Shown here: positions 6,873 to 15,901 of the stretch, one piece after another
Numbering within the stretch: the first letter of the stretch is position 1
Layout: the number at the start of each line of letters is the position of its first letter
Origin: Bdellovibrionota bacterium
GTDB lineage: Bacteria; Bdellovibrionota_C; UBA2361; JBIKWN01
Reading direction: 5' to 3'
Assembly: GCA_044356295.1 (NCBI GenBank)
Contig: JBIKWN010000039.1
Coordinates: forward strand, 1 to 22,117
DNA: 22,117 bases
Translations under genes and position numbers: made by a program
Notes under the pieces: model-generated
Seen by the model: only the letters and a program-made list of their open reading frames with translations
What the model was told of the DNA's origin: nothing
Databases searched by the model: none

Positions 6873-7881
6873 AAATATCAACCTGAATATCTTCTTGTGC
6901 AGCCATGGATGTCTTAATGATAAGTTTTTCACGCACCTCTTTTTTAACCTGTCTTGGGTCTAGTCGTACAGATAAAAGATAGTCTGAATCTAGTGTTGAC
7001 TGTTCTATTTGATATGAAAGGATTGATGAATCGCTCACTGAAATATTCTTTATCGAAAATGGCACTGAGCCTCTACTTGATAGAAGAATGTGCTTTTCAA
7101 GGGGCATGCTATTATTTTCAATTAAACCAAAACTTAAAACTTTTGGCTCAATAGAAATAGTCGATTTAATAACTGCAATCACAGGAATTACAAAGCTATT
7201 TTTTTCGCCATTATCACTGGTCATTTCAATAAAAATTCTCTCATTTAACGATCCAGTTGGAGTATTAGGTGATATTCCAACATCAAACGACAAACTCTTA
7301 CCATTTGATTTGCCGTTTGCAATAAATATAAGGTCAGAGGAAGCTCTAAAACCCGTTATCTTAAGGTCTGATAATGTTTTCACAGAAACTGAAACTGAGC
7401 GAGTAGAATGGGCAGAGAGTGCCTGGTGTGAAACTTCACCGAACTGAATTCTTTTTGGATTAATTACTACTGTTCCTTCAACATATCCTTTTAAGGTGAG
7501 TACTGTTTCAGATTGTTCAGGATCATTGGTAAAAACACGGATTGATTTTTCTTTATATCCATCGAATCCTGTTGTATCAAATATGGCTACAACCTCCCCT
7601 TTTTGCTTTGGAAGTACCTGCGTATTTGCTGCAGTGGCACTAGTACATCCACAGGACGCTCTTACTGATTGAATAATTAATGGGACATCCCCAGTATTTT
7701 CAATGATAAATGAATGTCTCACAGCAACACCCTGCAGTACTGTTCCAAAATTAAATTCGGACTCTTCATACCGTGCTGTAGGTTTTAAAATTGCTTCTTC
7801 AGAATATACAGCAGAGGCAATACCGAAGGATAACTGTAAACAACAAGTTAATAAGACTAAACAAAGTAGCCTATGCAACAT
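6847..7881 (-). CDS. DUF1573-domain exported protein with repeated Ig-like domains
   Basis: Signal peptide, FNFG...FxIxNTGDxPLII..V.ASCGCT motif, two further PxxLxFG repeats. ATG at 7881 overlaps the accC end. Confidence 0.85.
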   Translation of the reverse strand: MLHRLLCLVLLTCCLQLSFGIASAVYSEEAILKPTARYEESEFNFGTVLQGVAVRHSFIIENTGDVPLIIQSVRASCGCTSATAANTQVLPKQKGEVVAIFDTTGFDGYKEKSIRVFTNDPEQSETVLTLKGYVEGTVVINPKRIQFGEVSHQALSAHSTRSVSVSVKTLSDLKITGFRASSDLIFIANGKSNGKSLSFDVGISPNTPTGSLNERIFIEMTSDNGEKNSFVIPVIAVIKSTISIEPKVLSFGLIENNSMPLEKHILLSSRGSVPFSIKNISVSDSSILSYQIEQSTLDSDYLLSVRLDPRQVKKEVREKLIIKTSMAAQEDIQVDIYAAIPPKV

Positions 7882-9247
7882 TTTTTTCCTTAGGAAACAG
7901 ATCAACAGTATCTAAAAATTTAGTATGAAAATTTCCTGATTGAAAATCAGGATGATTAAGAACTCTTCGATGAAGATCGATGTTAGTTCTAATTCCATCT
8001 ATTAAATATTCATCCAGTGCTACGTTGAGCTTTTGGATACATTCTTCACGAGTTTTTGCTCGTACAATCAGTTTTGAAATCAATGAGTCGTAGTATGGCT
8101 GAACCGTATATCCTGCATAAAGAGCAGAATCTACACGTATTCCATTGCCTCCAGGCGGGTGATAGCTCGTAATAAGTCCTGGTGACGGAATTAATGTCCT
8201 TGGATCTTCTGCATTAATCCTCACTTCAATTGCATGTCCTCGAGCAACGATATCTTTTTGAGTGAAAGAAAGATCCTCTCCTGCTGCAAGTCGTATCTGC
8301 TCTTTTACAAGATCAACATCATATACAAGCTCAGATACTGGATGCTCGACTTGGAGTCGAGTGTTCATTTCGATGAAATAGAACTTTTTATTGGCAAGAT
8401 CTACTAAAAATTCAACAGTACCAACACTGGTATAACCAACTGAACGGGATACTTCGACTGCAGCTGCTTCAATTTGAGCCTGTAAATCCGGTGGAAGTAG
8501 AGGTGATGGAGATTCCTCAATTAGTTTTTGGTATCGCCTTTGAATGGAACAATCGCGAACTCCGATACTCACTACGTTTTTCGATTGATCGCCTGCAATT
8601 TGGACTTCAACATGTCTTACTTTTGGAAGGTATTTTTCAACTAATAATGAACCATCACCAAAAGCTGCTTCAACTTCTCGTTGTGCAGTTGAAAATAAAC
8701 GTGAAAACTCTTCAGCGTTATTAACAATCTTCATTCCGCGTCCACCACCACCAGCACATGCTTTAAGAAGCACTGGATAGCCTGCAGCTTCAGCAACTTT
8801 CAATGCTTCATCTGCATCCAGAAAACCTCTTGAGTCACCTGGTATAGTTGGCACACCGGCTTTATCTGCGGCTCTTCTTGCTCGAGCTTTATCTCCCATT
8901 ACTTTCATGTTTCGAACAGTTGGTCCGATAAAAGTAATTCCACAACTTGCACAAATCTCTGCAAAGGCAGCGTTCTCACTTAAGAATCCATACCCAGGAT
9001 GGATTGCGTCTGCACCAGTAGCAACAGCAGCAGACATGATTGAAGTGACATTTAGATAACTATCCTTTGCGAGCGCTGGACCAATACATACACTTTCTGT
9101 TGCCAACTTTACATGAAGGGCACTTTCATCTGCTTTTGAGTGAACAGCAACAGTCTTAATACCCATCTCATGGCATGCGCGAATAATACGGACTGCAATC
9201 TCGCTTCGATTTGCGATAAGGACTTTTTTAAATGGAGGATTAGCCAT
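7871..9247 (-). CDS. accC: Acetyl-CoA carboxylase, biotin carboxylase subunit
   Basis: KVLIANRSEIA, HPGYGFLSEN, GGGGRGM, EMNTRLQVEH, PYYDSLISK. Confidence 0.97.
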   Translation of the reverse strand: MANPPFKKVLIANRSEIAVRIIRACHEMGIKTVAVHSKADESALHVKLATESVCIGPALAKDSYLNVTSIMSAAVATGADAIHPGYGFLSENAAFAEICASCGITFIGPTVRNMKVMGDKARARRAADKAGVPTIPGDSRGFLDADEALKVAEAAGYPVLLKACAGGGGRGMKIVNNAEEFSRLFSTAQREVEAAFGDGSLLVEKYLPKVRHVEVQIAGDQSKNVVSIGVRDCSIQRRYQKLIEESPSPLLPPDLQAQIEAAAVEVSRSVGYTSVGTVEFLVDLANKKFYFIEMNTRLQVEHPVSELVYDVDLVKEQIRLAAGEDLSFTQKDIVARGHAIEVRINAEDPRTLIPSPGLITSYHPPGGNGIRVDSALYAGYTVQPYYDSLISKLIVRAKTREECIQKLNVALDEYLIDGIRTNIDLHRRVLNHPDFQSGNFHTKFLDTVDLFPKEKNVA

Positions 9248-9731
9248 TTGGATTAATTAAGAAAAGTACTTCAGCAAATTCTACTACTTGAGCATCATTA
9301 ATAAGTATTTTTTCGACTTTACCACTTATTGGTGCTTCAATTTCATTCATCAATTTCATTGCTTCAATAATACAAAGCGTTTGACCCTTGGTAACTGTTT
9401 GTCCCTCAGTAACAAATAGTGGGGAATCTGGTGATGGTTTTCTGTAAAAAGTTCCAACGATAGGAGACTCAACTTTGAAAAGATGTGAGAGGTCTTCTAT
9501 TGGTGCTACTGCTGCGGGTTGTGGTGCTAGTGTCTGAATACCACTTATTGCGGGCTGAATCTCAACATTATATCCGCCCATAGGCTGTTGGTGATGATGA
9601 TGACTAATTGATTGAGCAACAGGTGTGCCTCTGCTCAAACGAATCCGTACGCCATCATTTTCGAACTCAAACTCATTTACTTCATTTTGTTTGAGTATTT
9701 TTATTATCTGCTCAAGCTCATCTATCTTCAT
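9240..9731 (-). CDS. accB: Biotin carboxyl carrier protein
   Basis: SPIVGTFY...IEAMKLMNEI biotinylation motif; overlaps the accC start. Confidence 0.97.
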   Translation of the reverse strand: MKIDELEQIIKILKQNEVNEFEFENDGVRIRLSRGTPVAQSISHHHHQQPMGGYNVEIQPAISGIQTLAPQPAAVAPIEDLSHLFKVESPIVGTFYRKPSPDSPLFVTEGQTVTKGQTLCIIEAMKLMNEIEAPISGKVEKILINDAQVVEFAEVLFLINPNG

Positions 9732-9853
9732 AAGGGGCTCAAGTTTACTGGAATTAGGAGTCGGTGTAAAACCTAAGAATTACACTATAAAATCGTTGAA
9801 AAATCAGAGGAAAATGGTTTTTTAATAAAAAATTAACGAAACGCTGTCTATCG

Positions 9854-9879
9854 AAAAGCCCTCAATTCAAATGAGGGCT
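9854..9879 (-). terminator. Putative intrinsic terminator of the pil operon
   Basis: 8-bp stem AGCCCTCA/TGAGGGCT with a 7-nt loop and a short T run on the minus strand, 44 bp after the last lipoprotein stop. Confidence 0.6.
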
Positions 9880-9923
9880 CACTGAAGATACCTCTGTTCG
9901 TTTCTATAAGTACTTAAGAACTA

Positions 9924-10919
9924 TCATGAACATCGGTTAAAGTTGCTGAAGCTAAGGGCTGTAGCTGATTTAATCTCGAATTTATCTCCGAGTTCATTCT
10001 CTCCGTACAGAGTGAATACTACGTTTTTAAATCCTGATGATAATGCACTACCACCATAAACATCTTTATTGCCTCCGTTTGCGTCAAACAGAAGTGAGCT
10101 GACAGTTCCTGTTCCACCGTTCGAATCAATAGCTTGAGAAGCGCTGCCTGTTAACCTAAGTTTTCCTGAAGTCGCAGTTCTACCGTCTCCGTAGGCATTG
10201 GCAACCTTGTAACTCATTGCAGTGATTTTAACGATTGAAGTTGAATTATTCACTATCGTGAAAGTAGCTGAGCTATCAAAGAAAGGCTCTGCTGTTGGAG
10301 TCCCACCTGAGTCACAGATACTTTGTGTAATATCAATTGATGTCGTTGATGAATCAGACGTACCATTATCACTTGCTGTTACACTAGTCACTCTTACTTT
10401 TGAGATTGTATCAGTGATACTTGATCCTCCACCGAGTCCACCACCACCAGATCCGGGCCAACCTACAAAACCAGCTGGACGTTGACCTTGGCAAACTATA
10501 GTTTCGGATGCCTTAATGCCAGACGGAGAAGGAAGGCGACAGATCATGATATAACTTCCAGGATTCTCGCACCCAACTTTACCACTCATCATTCCGTTTG
10601 ATTCAGTATTTTCAAAACCTGAAGTTGGTTCGACAAGAGCAAGCCCGTCTTCGGTATCACAGGTAATTCTTATGTTCGGTACTGGGCTTCCATTACTATC
10701 TCGAGCCTCAACACGAAATCCTTGCATAGTTCCAGTTGTTTGAGACATTCCATCTGTAAGTGAAAGTGTCAGCGTTCCACTTTGACCAGACGGTACTTCA
10801 CCTCCTTGATCAACATCACCACCTGAGGTATTTCCCGATTGGCATCCTAGAAAAATACCAAGTGCTACCAGGGAAAAAAGTAATCCTCCAACTTTTACAT
10901 TACTAATCTTTTTTTTCAT
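9924..10919 (-). CDS. Lipoprotein, beta-rich, probable Ig-like (Big_1-type) N-domain, Gly-rich linker and second beta domain
   Basis: Lipobox FLGC; FRVEARDSNGSPVPNIRI and TESNGM pattern typical of Big_1 domains; six further Cys; S/T/G-rich. Confidence 0.75.
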   Translation of the reverse strand: MKKKISNVKVGGLLFSLVALGIFLGCQSGNTSGGDVDQGGEVPSGQSGTLTLSLTDGMSQTTGTMQGFRVEARDSNGSPVPNIRITCDTEDGLALVEPTSGFENTESNGMMSGKVGCENPGSYIMICRLPSPSGIKASETIVCQGQRPAGFVGWPGSGGGGLGGGSSITDTISKVRVTSVTASDNGTSDSSTTSIDITQSICDSGGTPTAEPFFDSSATFTIVNNSTSIVKITAMSYKVANAYGDGRTATSGKLRLTGSASQAIDSNGGTGTVSSLLFDANGGNKDVYGGSALSSGFKNVVFTLYGENELGDKFEIKSATALSFSNFNRCS

Positions 10920-10958
10920 TTCTCAATTCCTTGATTACCGTCAGGTGATATAAAAAGT

Positions 10959-11633
10959 TTATTCTGGTGCTACTGTTGGTTCTGGAGTTGGCTCACCGTC
11001 TCCTCCTGCTCCAGGGTCAACAGGGATATCGTTTGTGATTGTTACTTGGAGGAAAGAATCATTTGTTGAAATCTGATCACCTGCAGTACTTACTCCTGTT
11101 ACGCTGACCATTACATCCATGCTAAACGGAGCTGGTGGAAGACTATCTCTATTAATTGATAACCACTCTCTAATTGCTGGTGGGATTATATTTGCCTTAA
11201 GAGTTCCCTTAGAAGGAATTCCTCCAGTAGTTACTCCAGTCACTCCTGAGGTTCCGCCAGTGGCAGCTTGAACAGGACCAAGAACAATTGTGCCTGAAGT
11301 TGACGTAGATGGTGGCTGCTCTGATGCACCGGCAATTGAATAAGAAAGATTTACTCTTTCAGTTCGAACATGCACTTTTGACATGTTATTTTGCATGACT
11401 AAACATGCTATCACCGATCCTGCGCCTTCTATCGTTTCAGAAAGAGGCACGACTAATCCATTTGTAAAAATAGTATCTGAACACGTTACAACTCGTGTTG
11501 TTTCATCAATCGTTAACTCACCAAAGCCAAGAAGCATAAATGAAACTCCCTGATCATTAGAAGCAGATCCACAACCACCAAGAAGTAAAGGAAGTGGTAG
11601 CAGGAAGCTTAGGAAGTGTTTTCTTAGTTTCAT
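10959..11633 (-). CDS. Uncharacterised lipoprotein directly downstream of pilQ
   Basis: Lipobox LGGC after a basic/hydrophobic signal; GGAG RBS; beta-rich; Pro-rich tail. Confidence 0.75.
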   Translation of the reverse strand: MKLRKHFLSFLLPLPLLLGGCGSASNDQGVSFMLLGFGELTIDETTRVVTCSDTIFTNGLVVPLSETIEGAGSVIACLVMQNNMSKVHVRTERVNLSYSIAGASEQPPSTSTSGTIVLGPVQAATGGTSGVTGVTTGGIPSKGTLKANIIPPAIREWLSINRDSLPPAPFSMDVMVSVTGVSTAGDQISTNDSFLQVTITNDIPVDPGAGGDGEPTPEPTVAPE

Positions 11634-11673
11634 AATTTCTCCAAAAATTTATTGTTTCGTACTCTTTTTTTCC

Positions 11674-14214
11674 TTAAGACTCAGAAGTCATTGCAGCATC
11701 ATCAAAACTTCCTTCAATAATTCGAGGAGTAATGAAGAACAAAAGCTCTTCATCAGAAGTGTCAATCGTATTACCTGAGAAGAAGTTTCCAAGCACTGGA
11801 ATATCTTTTAAGAATGGAACTCCACGGATACTATCCTTATCAGTCGTTCTATAGATTCCACCAATTGCAAAGGTCTGTCCTGATGACACGAGAACGGTTG
11901 AAGTCGCTTTTCTTTCGAAAAGATTAGGAATTCCGTTAAATATTTTCGAACCAAAGTTACTTGATTCTGCCTGAATATCCATAAGGATATAGTAATCTGG
12001 CGATGCTTGAGGAGTTACTTTAAGTGTAATTCCAGCTTTGATTTTTTCAGTTGCCTGCCCTGGGCCTGCACCACCGCCACCATTACCACCGACTACAGTG
12101 TTGATACCCCCGTTGGGCATAAGAACTGAAACGGTTTCATTACTTGTAATCTCAGCAGCTTTATTATTTGTAGTTGCAACAGAAGGTCTACTTACAATTC
12201 TTACTCTTCCTTCTCTTTCAAGGGCAGAGATATTTGCATCGAGACTTTTAGTGCCATCAGCACTTCCGAATGCAAGAGCCATTGCTGCTCCACCATCAAG
12301 TCCTGAAATAGTTGCAGGGAAATTTGATGCGTTCGTTGAGTTAGGAATACCACCACCAATCTTTACGCTATTTGGAAAGTTAAATCCTGTAGCATTTCCT
12401 GTTTCAGGTGACTGAATGAATGAGAATCCAAGTTGACTTCCTAAGTCACGCAGGAACGATCTATTTGCTTCAATAATTTGAGTTTCTAAAAGTACCTGTG
12501 GTGTTCTTAGATCAAGCTTACTGATGAGCTCAGATGCATTCTTGATACCCTTTTTAATATCTTTAATGATGAGCTGATTCGTTCGTGTATCTACTGCAAC
12601 ATCACCTCTTTCAGAGAGAACAGACTTAATCATCGGCTTAAGATCATCAGCACGAGCATAACTAATTCTTACGTACTTTACACCGAGTGCTTCAAGTTCT
12701 TCCTCAGCTAACTGTGCTTGTTTTAATGCTTCTCTTTCAAGTCTTAATTTTTCGACTGGAGCGATTCTAACTACATTACCTTCTTGAACTTTATCAAGTC
12801 CATTAGTTTTGAGAATTACATCGAGTGCTTGATCCCAAGGAACATCTATCAAACGTAGTGTAACTTTTCCTTGGACATCGCTGCTTGCAATGATGTTGAG
12901 ATTAGAAACTTCTGCAATAATTCGAAGTGCATTATCAATATCAGTATCTTGAAGATCTAATGAGATAAGTCTTCCAGTATAACGCCCATCAGAATTTAGC
13001 GTTGAAAAATTTCCAGTACTTTTACTTAGTTTGAGATCTGCACTTTCATCTTTTGCAGAATCTGATTTTTCTGCCGGAACTTGAGAATCTGCTTTTGGAG
13101 TTGTTATAAGAGTTGGCTCCGCTTTTGCTTGCGCCATGTATTCAACAGAATTAGGATCAAGATTTTTAATTACAAGTGTATTATTTTGCATTAATGCCGT
13201 TAGTTCAGCTTCAGGCTGAGCAAATACTCGTAAAATGACATCGCCATCCTTTTCAATCGGTCTAACAGACCGAATTGATCCACTTCGAGGCTTTGCTAAT
13301 ACAGTTTGATTGGCAACAGGATCCAGGGTTACTCCTCGTAGTGTTGCAATATATTCTGATTGTGCAGTTTTCTTAAACTCAAAATCCTTAAGGTTACTGA
13401 CATCAGCAATGATTACATTGCCTTGACCTGGGATTGTTTCAATATTGAGATTCGATAGTACTCTTTGACCACTAGAAAGTTGGATTGGTTCTTTGATTGT
13501 TACTGGTGCTTCAGTTGTAGACTCAATTTCTTCTAATTTATTATTTTGCTCAAGCAAGTGATTGTCCGCGAGTAGCTGTGAATTATCTGCACCAGATTTT
13601 TCTGCTAGTTGTTGACTTGCAGATTGATTCAATATTGCTTGATTCGAAGTAAGAGCAACGATTATTTGCGATCCACTTTGAGTAATATCCTCTTTAGCTG
13701 CTGATGCTAAATCGATAACAATTCTGCTTTTATCTTCATGTGCACCAAGTCTTACTGAAGAAACCACATCAGTTTGAGGAGGTGTAACGGTAGTATTTCT
13801 CTTAACTTTTGAATTAGTTATATCTAAAACAATTCTACTAGGATTTTCTAATCGAGAAGCAATATATGAGCTTTTTGCATTCCCTGTATCGATTGTTAAT
13901 AGTTGATTATTATTATTTTGTGCATAACTAATACCAACTCCTGCTTGTTGTCTTGCAGCTAGAGTTGTCGGCGGTGTTGCAGCAGTTACATTGGAACTAA
14001 TTACGTCCACTGGTACTGTTGACGCACTGCCATCATTAATAATTTCACTTGTAGAAAGCTCAGTCGCACCGTCACGGTTATCAACTTCTGTTGTGCCTCC
14101 TCCTAGAGAAGCACAGCCTGAAAGTGATACAATCAGTGCACTTAATAAAACCGATGAGGTATAAACACTACCTTTTCCAAAGATACCTTTCATTGTCGGG
14201 ATGCTCCCATTCAT
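11674..14214 (-). CDS. pilQ: Type IV pilus secretin PilQ with AMIN domains and lipoprotein-type signal
   Basis: LSGC lipobox, AMIN (LENPSRIVLDI...RIVIDL), N0 (ISLDLQDTDI...VPWDQALD), secretin C-domain (VPFLKDIPVLGxFF...ELLFFITPRII). Confidence 0.95.
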   Translation of the reverse strand: MNGSIPTMKGIFGKGSVYTSSVLLSALIVSLSGCASLGGGTTEVDNRDGATELSTSEIINDGSASTVPVDVISSNVTAATPPTTLAARQQAGVGISYAQNNNNQLLTIDTGNAKSSYIASRLENPSRIVLDITNSKVKRNTTVTPPQTDVVSSVRLGAHEDKSRIVIDLASAAKEDITQSGSQIIVALTSNQAILNQSASQQLAEKSGADNSQLLADNHLLEQNNKLEEIESTTEAPVTIKEPIQLSSGQRVLSNLNIETIPGQGNVIIADVSNLKDFEFKKTAQSEYIATLRGVTLDPVANQTVLAKPRSGSIRSVRPIEKDGDVILRVFAQPEAELTALMQNNTLVIKNLDPNSVEYMAQAKAEPTLITTPKADSQVPAEKSDSAKDESADLKLSKSTGNFSTLNSDGRYTGRLISLDLQDTDIDNALRIIAEVSNLNIIASSDVQGKVTLRLIDVPWDQALDVILKTNGLDKVQEGNVVRIAPVEKLRLEREALKQAQLAEEELEALGVKYVRISYARADDLKPMIKSVLSERGDVAVDTRTNQLIIKDIKKGIKNASELISKLDLRTPQVLLETQIIEANRSFLRDLGSQLGFSFIQSPETGNATGFNFPNSVKIGGGIPNSTNASNFPATISGLDGGAAMALAFGSADGTKSLDANISALEREGRVRIVSRPSVATTNNKAAEITSNETVSVLMPNGGINTVVGGNGGGGAGPGQATEKIKAGITLKVTPQASPDYYILMDIQAESSNFGSKIFNGIPNLFERKATSTVLVSSGQTFAIGGIYRTTDKDSIRGVPFLKDIPVLGNFFSGNTIDTSDEELLFFITPRIIEGSFDDAAMTSES

Positions 14215-14249
14215 AATTAAAACCTCTATAAAGTTTCAGCATAGCCATC

Positions 14250-14309
14250 TGACGAGGCGTAGCGATCCCTTAGTCCCCCTATGAGACTGGACGCACTACA
14301 GTTTCGTCA
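14250..14309 (-). other. 60-nt imperfect hairpin in the pilO-pilQ intergenic region (candidate cis-regulatory RNA)
   Basis: Nested helices UGACGA/UCGUCA, GUAGUG/CGCUAC, UCC/GGA, AGUCUC/GGGACU; two G-U pairs form only on the transcribed strand. Confidence 0.5.
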
Positions 14310-14363
14310 ATACGGTTTTTTTTGAACGAGCTCTAAATCAGCTCTAAACTTAGGTAGATACCA

Positions 14364-14987
14364 CTATTTTTTTTGCTCGCCCGTCTTGTTAGAGTCCTGA
14401 TTTGGGCGTTCCGATTCTTCAAGATAGCGGAAAGTTTTTAAAACTGCTCTTACATCAACCTCAACAAGCCCAGCATCTTTTGCGCCGCGTGGATTATCAA
14501 TCAAAATATCTTGAACATTGACGACTCTTGAAATCCTCGATATTTCATCCAAGAAAATCGCCATCTGATGAAAGTTTCCCTTCATCAGAATATCAACTGG
14601 TATTTCAGAAAAGAACTGGCGTTTTAATTCCGCTCTTGGAGTAAAACTCTTTACCGACAATCCTGAATCTTTGGCTAAATCTGAAACAGATTCTAATAAC
14701 GATTCAATCTGCCCTTTTCGAGGTAACATCTCTAAGGCTTTTGCATACATTAGATTGTAATATTCAAGCTCTTTTCTAAGGATTGGCAAATTTTTTAGTC
14801 GACCAGTTTCTATAGCAATTTGAGAGTCTAAGGTTTCAACCTTATCAATTGATTCTTCTAGCTCTGTATAAGTATCTGATATCAAAAAGTTCCACGATAA
14901 AAATGAAACTACTCCAATAACAGCCATCCAACCCGAAACTCTTTGCCATTTTGGTCGCTCAAGTATCCTTTCCCAATATTCAAGCAT
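14364..14987 (-). CDS. pilO: Type IV pilus assembly protein PilO
   Basis: N-terminal TM, coiled coil, LPxxxQIExLL, FFSEIPVxIxMxGxFHxxxxFxxxIxxxxRVVN. Confidence 0.93.
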   Translation of the reverse strand: MLEYWERILERPKWQRVSGWMAVIGVVSFLSWNFLISDTYTELEESIDKVETLDSQIAIETGRLKNLPILRKELEYYNLMYAKALEMLPRKGQIESLLESVSDLAKDSGLSVKSFTPRAELKRQFFSEIPVDILMKGNFHQMAIFLDEISRISRVVNVQDILIDNPRGAKDAGLVEVDVRAVLKTFRYLEESERPNQDSNKTGEQKK

Positions 14988-15898
14988 TACTCTTTACCTC
15001 CATCAGGAACGGGCGTTGGAACTTCTTTCTTTTTAATTTTCTGTCCACTATTTGGATCAAAGGTAAATTCGATTGGACTGTAACGAATTTTTGCTTCAGC
15101 GCTAAAACTTAACCCCTTAACCTCCTCCAGGCTCTCCCAAGCAAAAATTGTTGGGCGCCCTCCTATAAATCTGCGACTTCCAGAGGACTCGAATGAAAGC
15201 TTTGTAATCGCTCCACCAGCAGTGGAAGAATTATTTGATTCGGTCACTGCATCTTTAAGACTACTTTCGGGGATTTCATTAACATACGTAAGCCCAGCTT
15301 CTTCTGCTTCGCGTTTAATATCGCCAAGTTTAGCTGATACGGTACTTTTATCAGCTCGAACGACGGCTTTTGTTTGCTCACCAGTAAAAGAATTAAATGT
15401 ATTGATTTGAATCAAAGCTACGGCTCGTCTATCTTTAAGATCAACGTCCACTACGAATTCTGATTGTCTGAAATTTTGAATAAATTGCGAGATAGAGCTG
15501 TCATCAAGAGCCAGACCCTCAATTTTCATAATATTGTTTTTTGAATCAATAGTCGAAAGCCAAAGCCTGTCAGGAACTGCAATATTAATTGCATCAAGAA
15601 GTTTTACTGGACCTTCTTGAGCTTTTCTAAGTGAGGCAATTGCCAACGTCATTCCTTGTACTTCATCACGGGTTGCTTTTAAACCATCGACTTCTTTGGT
15701 TCTATCTTTAAGAGTGCCTAATTGAATCTCTGCTCGCTTTGCCCTTCGTAGCGATTCATCAAGTGAAGAGAGCATTAATGATCGAGCAACAAGCCAGATC
15801 GTAATAACCAACAATATTGATGCTATAAACGTGACAAGCCAGATAATACTATCTGTTGAGGTTACCTCTTCGTCACCAATGAGATTTATTTTAATCAT
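14987..15898 (-). CDS. pilN: Type IV pilus assembly protein PilN (elongated)
   Basis: MIKINL PilM-binding motif, TM, coiled coil, PDxLWLxxI...IEGxA core; position between pilM and pilO. Confidence 0.9.
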   Translation of the reverse strand: MIKINLIGDEEVTSTDSIIWLVTFIASILLVITIWLVARSLMLSSLDESLRRAKRAEIQLGTLKDRTKEVDGLKATRDEVQGMTLAIASLRKAQEGPVKLLDAINIAVPDRLWLSTIDSKNNIMKIEGLALDDSSISQFIQNFRQSEFVVDVDLKDRRAVALIQINTFNSFTGEQTKAVVRADKSTVSAKLGDIKREAEEAGLTYVNEIPESSLKDAVTESNNSSTAGGAITKLSFESSGSRRFIGGRPTIFAWESLEEVKGLSFSAEAKIRYSPIEFTFDPNSGQKIKKKEVPTPVPDGGKE

Positions 15899-15901
15899 CG
15901 A

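Noticed and set aside
14215..14363. pilP remnant or c-di-GMP/cGAMP riboswitch in the pilO-pilQ gap
   Set aside because: Too short for PilP and no lipobox or RDPF motif was seen. The GEMM consensus (GNRA loop with receptor, GCAAA) was not recognisable.
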